62,289 bases of DNA from an uncultured delta proteobacterium (GTDB lineage: Bacteria; Desulfobacterota; Binatia; UBA9968): contig CAWDPO010000039.1 of assembly GCA_963804165.1 (NCBI GenBank), positions 1 to 62,289 on the forward strand. The letters are read 5' to 3'. Below, one piece after another: positions 55,153-62,289 of this stretch. A program made the position numbers and the translations under genes. The notes beneath the pieces are model-generated. The model was not told the origin of the DNA. It searched no databases and saw nothing but the letters and a program-made list of their open reading frames with translations. Within the stretch, counting starts at the first letter, position 1. Each line of letters begins with the position of its first letter.

Positions 55153-55520
55153 ATGAGTAATCTTTCTAAGAGTGAGTTGGTAACGGAATATCAACGCTCC
55201 CCTTTCGCGGCGATCTGGCGGAGGATTTGGAGGTTGCTCCCGAACTTCTCAGCGAGACATTCGCCTTTTTTTTCTTTGACGACGGTACGGTTCTATGGAA
55301 TCAAGGGTTTGGTCATATCGCTTTCCTCCAGGGTAACAGATCCCTAACCATGAAGTGGACCTTGGAGAATCGTATGGTGAGGGTGATACATTTCAGTATG
55401 GTTCATCAGTGGGATCCGCCGCATGATCGTGATCTGCTGAGCGATGCGCAGTTAGCGTATTTGAGAGAACGATTGACCGAACGCTTTCGCGCAAGAGGTG
55501 AAGATACAATTTTCCGGTAG
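55153..55520 (+). CDS. Putative immunity protein (Imm74-like); one probable frameshift near 55200
   Basis: Small gene right after the Rhs tip; C-terminal WDPPHD..LSDAQLAYLRERL..F..RG...F pattern. Confidence 0.55.
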
Positions 55521-55639
55521 GATCCGGGTCAGCCTGAGGGAAAAACAAATTCTTCTCCGCGGGAATCTTTGTGTCTACTTGACCGCCCGGCTAATGGGTG
55601 ACGCTAGGTGCAGGACTGAGGTAATCAAGCGACTGGTAT

Positions 55640-55745
55640 CGTCGACGGCGTTACGGCTACACGGTTCACGCCTACTGCTTGATGCCAACCATGTCCATCT
55701 GCTCCTGGAAAGTTCCACTCACCCGTTGAGCAAGTTCAGGCAAAC
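55640..55745 (+). pseudogene. Fragment of a second RAYT/Y1 transposase
   Basis: YGYTVHAYCLMP then, after a frameshift, NHVHLLLESSTHPLSKFRQ; matches YCLLGNHVHLLLETPQGNLSKLMQ of the intact neighbour. Confidence 0.65.
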
Positions 55746-55761
55746 TAGAAGGGGCAGGGAG

Positions 55762-56790
55762 TAGGGTCAGGCTTGCATAGATGAAACTGATTGCAATGAA
55801 GCGCACCGGGGAGTAGGTTGGGTCCATGGCGCGACCAGTCAGGATCGAATACCCCGGAGCTGTCTATCACGTGATCTGTCGAGGCAATAACCGCCAAGCG
55901 ATCTTTCGCGACGAGCCGGACCGAGTTAGATATCTCGAGAAGCTTTCTTTTTACTGCCGGGACAAATCGGTCGATCTTCTTTGCTATTGTTTATTAGGCA
56001 ACCACGTTCACCTGCTGTTAGAGACCCCCCAAGGCAATCTCTCCAAGCTGATGCAAGCCCTTCAGACGAGCTACACGGTCTCCTTCAACAAACGACACCG
56101 AAGGAGTGGGCACGTCTTTGAGCAGCGTTACAAAGCCCTGTTGGTCGATAAAGACAACTATCTGCTCCAAGTGAGCCGCTACATTCATTGGAATCCGGTG
56201 TCTGCCAGAATGGTGACCCGGCCCCAGGACTATCGGTGGAGCAGTTATGGGTCCTATCTCAAAGGCAAAGGGATCGCCGGTCTAAAGCCCGAAAAGGTCC
56301 TGGGATATTTCGTAGGGGGCAGAAAAAAGCAATTGGCCCAGTATCGAGAGTATGTCGAAGGAGGGATAGGGGAAAGGCAGCGCTATGATGAGCCAAGGGC
56401 GACAAAGCAGATGTTTATCGGGGACGAGGAGTTCATAGACAGGGCTAGGCGAAGAAGTACAACGGCAGCGATGAGAGAAGGGCATTATTCGCTCAAGCGT
56501 ATCGTGGGTGCGGTGAGCGAGGTGATGGGGATCGAGGAAGGAGATCTCAGGCGACCGGGGCGGCGTGAAGCCGTACAGCGGAGCCGGGAGCTCATCAGCT
56601 GCCTAGCGCGGCGCCACAGTGACGTCGGGTTGGGAGAACTCGCCCGATACCTGCAAGTCAAGGAGTTGTCGACGCCGAGTCATGCGGTGAGGCGGGCTGA
56701 GGAGCGAATGAAAAACGACCTGGGCTTTGCCCGTCAGCTCCGGCGAGCGTTGAAAATCCTAGACTATTCATCTATACAAGCCTGACCCTA
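55762..56790 (+). mobile_element. RAYT-type element bounded by 24-bp terminal inverted repeats
   Basis: Left TAGGGTCAGGCTTGCATAGATGAA (55762-55785); right (56767-56790) reverse complement TAGGGTCAGGCTTGTATAGATGAA, 23/24 identical. Confidence 0.8.
55826..56785 (+). CDS. REP-associated tyrosine (Y1 HUH) transposase with C-terminal helical HTH-like domain
   Basis: MARPVRIEYPGAVYHVICRGNNR, NHVHLL (HUH), GHVFEQRY, RYIHWNPV, YRWSSY. Confidence 0.9.
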   Translation: MARPVRIEYPGAVYHVICRGNNRQAIFRDEPDRVRYLEKLSFYCRDKSVDLLCYCLLGNHVHLLLETPQGNLSKLMQALQTSYTVSFNKRHRRSGHVFEQRYKALLVDKDNYLLQVSRYIHWNPVSARMVTRPQDYRWSSYGSYLKGKGIAGLKPEKVLGYFVGGRKKQLAQYREYVEGGIGERQRYDEPRATKQMFIGDEEFIDRARRRSTTAAMREGHYSLKRIVGAVSEVMGIEEGDLRRPGRREAVQRSRELISCLARRHSDVGLGELARYLQVKELSTPSHAVRRAEERMKNDLGFARQLRRALKILDYSSIQA

Positions 56791-56830
56791 AACACTTGAC
56801 CCTGGTAATATTCTCGTTCTTGAGTAACGC

Positions 56831-56865
56831 AAAAAAGGGCAACAGGTCGGTTTGCTCTTTTTTTT
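56831..56865. terminator. Bidirectional intrinsic terminator-like hairpin
   Basis: AAAAAAGGGCAA-N9-TTGCTCTTTTTTTT. Confidence 0.65.
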
Positions 56866-56934
56866 CGATTTGAACCATGTCGTTTCGGTTAAGCTTGCTG
56901 AACGAAAAAAATAAACCGAAGGAGGGTCAAGCCC

Positions 56935-57341
56935 ATGGCTGATGAAATTCAGCGCGTCCAATATTTCTATACGGAAGTTTCCGACAAACCTGGAGAGGGT
57001 TTGAAGGTTCTCAACGCCCTGAGAGATGAGGAGTCAATCTCTCAGCCTTTGTCGCCTTTCCTAAAGGGCGACGGGCACAACTCGATTTCGTGCCCATGGA
57101 TCAACCGGCTTTTAGGACGGCAGCAAAGAAGACTAAAGTAAGGCTCATCGGTCCGAAAACAGCTTTTCTTATTCAGGGTGATGAGAGGACAGGTGCGATC
57201 GCGGACACTGTAGCCAAGCTGTCTGGTGCGGGTATCAATATAACAGCGCTACATGCTGCAGCTGCTGGTGCCGGGCGGTATGGAGCGATCCTCTGGGTTA
57301 AACCGCGTGATGTAAATAAAGCCGCTAAAGTCCTTCTGTAG
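56935..57341 (+). CDS. Tandem ACT-domain protein; one frameshift near 57030
   Basis: DKPGEGLKVLNAL and DERTGAIADTVAKLSGAGINITA; AAGGAGG RBS. Confidence 0.7.
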
Positions 57342-57977
57342 AGATAAGGACAAGTGTGACCGAGAAATCTCGATGGTGGCGCTTTAAAGAGGCAATTTCT
57401 TATGCTGCATGATCACAGATATGCCGCGTAGCAACTCGCGCCGCTCCAACTGATCGAGATGGAGCGGTTCGCGGGGACGTTGTTGGAAACGCTGCTGCAA
57501 TAGTTCTTTTTGGTAATCGGCCAAGCAAAAAACTTGGCTTTTTCTTTTCACACAATCTGGATTCGGTTCGCCAGACTATGGGTGGATGGCCCGTTGATGA
57601 AATTGAGGCGTCGTTCAGATCAATCTTTTGGTCTTTTCCCTCGACGAAATGTTGTCGCCGCTAACAAGAATCTATTTTACATGTGCTGAAAAACTCAAAT
57701 CCCAGATCCGAACCGTGAGTTGCGACGATCGATTATCGCGCCAGCTTACTCTATCAGGTTTAATCCCGCAAACCACAGGTTATTTGAAAAACATCGCAGA
57801 AAATGGTTACAGAACATTTGCCACGCGGTTGAAATAGATGGCCGGGGGATGTGACTGATACACGCTAATTGCTATAAGCATAGGTGTTCGCGGCTTGCGC
57901 AAATTTTTGGTGCGCCGATGCCAAATTGGCGAATCGACAAGAAAATAAGAAATTGAAGTTTCGCAGGATGTTGTAAG

Positions 57978-58857
57978 ATGCGCGCCGTGGTCATCGGAGC
58001 CAACGGTCAGCTCGGCACCGATCTGGTCAAGATTCTTTCCGGTTGGGATATCGAAGGTTTGACGCACAGCGACCTTGATATTCGGACGTGGTGCGGGCGC
58101 GTGCGGTTCTCTCCCAGTTAAAACCGGATGCCGTGATCAATACGGCTGCTTTCAATCGCGTGGACGATTGTGAGGATGACCTGGACCAGGCTTTTTCGGT
58201 AAACGCTTATGGCGCGCGGAATCTTGCCCGAGTTTGCGCTGATTCGGATTGCGCGCTGATGCATATCAGCACTGATTATGTCTTCGGCGGCGAACAGGCT
58301 TCTCCTTACACTGAGGACGATGCGCCTAATCCGCTGAGTGTTTACGCGGGTCGAAGCTTGCCGGTGAGTATTTTGTCCGAAATATTTGCCCAAAACACTT
58401 CATCGTGCGCACTTCAGGTCTCTATGGGCAGGCCGGGTCGAGCGGTAAGGGCGGCAACTTCGTGGAAACGATGATCCGATTGGCCGGGGCGGGAAAGCCG
58501 CTTCGGGTGGTTGAGGATCAGGTTCTGACGCCTACCTATACAAAGGACTTGGCGCAGCGCCTCAAAGCACTGGTACAAACTCAAGCTTACGGCCTCTATC
58601 ACATCACCAATCGCGGGCAATGTTCCTGGTATGAGTTTGCGGCTCAGATTTTCTTTCTTCTCGGTCTCAAGCCGGATTTTGCTCCGACGAAAACCGAGGC
58701 TTTTGGCGCCAAGGCCCAGCGTCCGGCCTATTCGGTTTTGGCGCCGGCGAAGCTCAGGCAATTCGGGATCGGGGATCTGCCCTTGTGGAAAGACGCTCTC
58801 GAGTGCTATTTGATCAGAAGGGACACCTGCGGAAGTAAGCTCGGGAGTCCATTGTAG
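57978..58857 (+). CDS. rmlD: dTDP-4-dehydrorhamnose reductase; frameshifts near 58085 and 58350
   Basis: IGANGQLG, INTAAF..VDDCE, ISTDYVF, PLSVY..SKLAGE, VEDQVLTPT, RPAYSVL. Confidence 0.88.
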
Positions 58858-59075
58858 ATTATAGATCGTGCAAGGGATCTAACTTCATGTTAGCTATAAA
58901 GTTCAGGGATTCCTGGTTCTCGTCGGGGAATGATACCTGGGAGTGAGAACTTTGGCCTGCCATTGAGTGGCGCTCTGATAGCGTAGTCGGTTTATTTGAT
59001 CTCATCGCTTTGTGTGGGGCATGAATAAAGTCTGTTTGCGCGCGTCGAAGTTGAAATGAAGCATTCAATTAACCC

Positions 59076-59900
59076 ATGAACCCGCATCAAGCACCCCGTA
59101 CATCCATCGGCGAGCTGTTCGCCAGTTTATGGCGAAACCGTAGCCTAATTGTGCAAATGACGAAACGCGACGTTATTGGTCGGTATCGCGGCTCTGTTTT
59201 GGGACTCGCGTGGTCATTTTTCAATCCCCTCCTGATGCTCATGGTCTATACATTTGTCTTCTCAGTGATCTTCAAAGCCCGCTGGGGCGTGGGTGGCGGG
59301 GAAGACAGAGCCGGCTTCGCCATCGTGTTATTCGTCGGCATCATCGTTCATGGCTTGTTTGCGGAATGTACCAACCGGGCTCCAGGGTTGATTCTCGCCA
59401 ACGTTAACTATGTAAAGAAAGTTGTGTTCCCGCTCGAGATTCTTCCGTGGGTGGCGATGGGTTCCACGTTGTTCCACTCGGGAATCAGCTTGCTTGTGCT
59501 GCTCCTGGCTCAGCTTTTGTTGAACCACACCATGCCCTTTACGGCGGTGTTTTTCCCGATCATCATCTTGCCGTTATTGCTCGCCACGATGGGCGTGGCA
59601 TGGTTCCTGTCGGCCATCGGCGTCTACCTCGCGATGTCAGCCAAACCGTCGGTCTTCTTACCACAGTGCTTTTGTTCCTCTCGCCTGTCTTTTATCCCCT
59701 TTCCGCCTTGCCCGAGGAGTATCAGATCTGGCTGAAATTAAACCCTCTCACCTTCACTCTTGAAGAAGGGCGCAAAACACTTATATTTGGCCAGATTCCC
59801 AACGGGGTAGGCTGGGGGCTATATAGTTTCATCAGTATCGCGATGGCTCGGTTTCTGGTGGTTTCAGAAATCGCGCAAGGGGTTTGCCGATGTCCTCTGA
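59076..59900 (+). CDS. wzm: Polysaccharide ABC transporter permease (Wzm); frameshifts in 3' half
   Basis: [50 protein letters not shown]. Confidence 0.88.
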
Positions 59901-61255
59901 GGAAATCGCCGTTCGCGTGGCCAAATTATCGAAGCTCTACGAAATTTATGACAAGCCGCCGGATCGTCTGAAGCAATCCACGCTTCCGAGATTGCAGCGG
60001 TTGATCCGCCAGCCGCCTAAGCAATACTACCGGGAGTTTTGGGCGCTCAAAGATGTTTCTTTCGAGGTAAAGAAAGGCGAAACCATCGGCATCATCGGGC
60101 GCAACGGCTCGGGAAAATCACATTGCTGCAAATCATCTGCGGCACGCTGGCGCCAACGAGCGGCATAGTTGAGACGAACGGCCGCGTAGCGGCTCTCCTG
60201 GAACTGGGTCCGGTTTCAATCCGGAATTCACCGGCCGGGAAAATGTTTTCATGAACGGTGCCGTCCTTGGGCTCATGCGGGAAGAAATCAACGCGCGCTT
60301 TGACGAGATAGTTGCCTTTGCGGATATTGGAGATTTCATCGAACAACCCGTGAAGACGTATTCTAGCGGTATGGTGGTTCGCCTTGCATTTGCAGTGATC
60401 GCTCATGTGGATGCTGACATTCTCGCAATCGACGAGGCCTTGGCTGTAGGCGACGCATTTTTCACACAAAAATGTATGCGCTTCCTGCGCAAATTTATGG
60501 AAACCGGTACCGTGCTCTTTGTCAGCCACGACACCGGCTCCGTCAAAAACCTTTGCAACCACGCCATCTGGCTAGAAAAAGGAGAAGTATTACAAGAAGG
60601 CAGTCCGAAGGATGTATGCGAACTGTACCTGCAAGCATTTTACGAAGCGCAGCAAGGTAAAAGCAGCACCACAAAACTCATAGCAACCAAAAACCAGGAC
60701 ACCACTCTCCCCCTAAAAGACCAGCGCCTGGAATTTATTAACGCCAGTAATTTGCGCAACGACCTGCAAATTTTCAAATTCGATCCCGAAGCTGCGTCAT
60801 TTGGCAAAGGTGGTGCCCAAATTACCAGCGTTGAATTTCTCGGCAAGGAGGGTTCACCGCTCGCTTGGGTAGTCGGGGGTGAACAGGTCACGCTGCGTGT
60901 CCATGCAATAGCACACGAACCATTGGAAGCTCCAATTATCGGCTTCACTATTAAAGACCGCCTAGGTCAAGGTCTGTTTGGTGACAATACCTACCTGAGC
61001 CGCAGGGAAGACCCGTTATTTTGTGAAGCGGGAAACGAAATTCAGGCAGAATTCACATTTCTAATGCCGACATTGCCTGCTGGCGACTACAGCGTAAATG
61101 TGGCTATCGCAAATGGAACACAGAGTCAGCATGTTCAACATCATTGGATATACGATGCGGTGCTGTTCAAGTCAGAGTCCAGCAGTGTCTCAACAGGACT
61201 CATTGGTATACCTATGCTGCACATAAAACTCGATGTGCCAGGGAATTTGGCGTGA
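59890..61255 (+). CDS. wzt: Polysaccharide ABC transporter ATPase (Wzt) with C-terminal carbohydrate-binding domain; two frameshifts
   Basis: [35 protein letters not shown]; C-terminal [18 protein letters not shown]. Confidence 0.9.
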
Positions 61256-61272
61256 ACAAAGAATCTGAAAAT

Positions 61273-61302
61273 ATGGAATTTACCGGCGAACGATTTGGTT
61301 GA
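61273..61302 (+). pseudogene. N-terminal stub of a SAM-dependent methyltransferase-type gene
   Basis: MEFTGERFG* 17 bp after the wzt stop. Confidence 0.45.
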
Positions 61303-61395
61303 GACGGACGGCCGGGTGGCTCGCGCGAAGCGCGGAGCCGAAAGCATTTTGCGACGGTGTAGGTCATTTCCAACGCATCAAACGGTAAGAGAATA

Positions 61396-62274
61396 GTGAC
61401 TCATCCTGGCGAAAGTTTAACTGTCGGTTGTGTCGCCGACAACACGGCAAAGTACCTTGAACAAGCTTTGCGGTTGTTACAGTCATGGCGCTGGTTCGCC
61501 GGCTCTATGTCTGCGGCTGATTTCCACCTATGCGTGGTTGATGAGATAGATCACAGCTATCGCGCGTTATATGAAGAGTACGGCGCGAAAGTGCATGTCG
61601 TGCCTCGGGTCAGCACCCGCCACCCGCCATCCAACAAGCTGCGGTTTTTGGAGCTTCCACAGGCCGGCGATTCAGATCGCGTGTTGCTATTAGACAGCGA
61701 TACGATTGTCGTCGGCGAACCAACGGGATTGATCTCGGATGCGGATTTCCTCGCTAAGATCGCGGATCATCCCACAACGACTCCTGACGTCTTTGAGAGT
61801 GTGTTCGCTGCCTTTGGAATCTCGCTGCCCGCCGCCGACCAACGCTGCACTGTGCGCGGGGACTGGACCATTCCGTACTTCAACAGCGGCGTGCTGGCTT
61901 TCTCGCGCAAATCGATGCGCGCGCTGGTTCCGGAATGGATTCGAATCAATTCCTGCCTGATCGAGCAGATGGAGTTGCTGAAAGAAAGCGGTTATTTTTG
62001 CGAGCAGGCAAGCCTTAGCCTTGCTGTCGCGGCTACCGGAACGTCGTTTCAAGTCCTTGGCAACGACATGAATTTTCCCGCGCACCTTAGAGAAGAACCG
62101 CTTGATTCGGTTTTCGCCAATACCGATCCTGTGATCATTCATTATCACTGGCTGGTGGATGAGCGAGGTTTGATTGAGCCGTCCCCATACCCCAACGTCA
62201 ATCGGCGCATCCAGCAGTTCAATGATCGATTGCTGAAAGAGCAATGCTTACGTTTCAATAATGGCGGTTTCTGA
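61396..62274 (+). CDS. GT-A fold glycosyltransferase-like protein (GT8-like)
   Basis: NKLRFL, LLLDSDTIV (DxD), YFNSGV, EQASL, IIHYH. Confidence 0.7.
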   Translation: MTHPGESLTVGCVADNTAKYLEQALRLLQSWRWFAGSMSAADFHLCVVDEIDHSYRALYEEYGAKVHVVPRVSTRHPPSNKLRFLELPQAGDSDRVLLLDSDTIVVGEPTGLISDADFLAKIADHPTTTPDVFESVFAAFGISLPAADQRCTVRGDWTIPYFNSGVLAFSRKSMRALVPEWIRINSCLIEQMELLKESGYFCEQASLSLAVAATGTSFQVLGNDMNFPAHLREEPLDSVFANTDPVIIHYHWLVDERGLIEPSPYPNVNRRIQQFNDRLLKEQCLRFNNGGF

Positions 62275-62289
62275 AACGACAACCATAAC

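Noticed and set aside
57342-57977. Long intergenic region before rmlD examined for ncRNA, riboswitch or ops/JUMPstart element
   Set aside because: I could not recognise any such structure or consensus.

Overview
A bacterial chromosomal window. Gene style suggests a Binatia/deltaproteobacterium-like organism, but this is an inference. Many conserved genes near both ends carry single-base indels that look like long-read consensus errors. (1) 1-11.6 kb is housekeeping: olsB/olsA-like acyltransferases, coxSMG-like genes with no large subunit, frmA, NIPSNAP, pyrD, a MocA-like protein, a PTPS-III-type pterin enzyme, a deacetylase, an aldo-keto reductase, an ECF sigma/anti-sigma pair and tRNA-Gly(CCC). 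(2) About 11.7-43.2 kb, directly after the tRNA, looks like a self-contained sigma-54 regulon. It has eleven GG-N10-GC promoters, most preceded by tandem 14-bp GYCG-N6-CGRC palindromes repeating every 18-19 bp. It encodes two NodV-like kinases, a NodW/FixJ regulator, two stand-alone receivers and one REC-AAA+ enhancer-binding protein. Targets include an RND efflux system, YSC84, DUF3300/DUF2950, redox enzymes and three paralogs of an unrecognised ~100-aa secreted two-Cys protein ending in YED. (3) 43.4-55.5 kb holds a ~3,900-aa secreted adhesin/Rhs (teneurin-like) toxin. Three ~890-bp Gly-rich repeats are inserted inside its YD shell, its tip resembles an ADP-ribosyl-cyclase toxin, and an Imm74-like gene follows. 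(4) A RAYT-type Y1 transposase bounded by 24-bp inverted repeats is followed by an ACT protein, rmlD, wzm/wzt and a GT8-like glycosyltransferase. All family assignments are from motif recognition by eye, not database searches.
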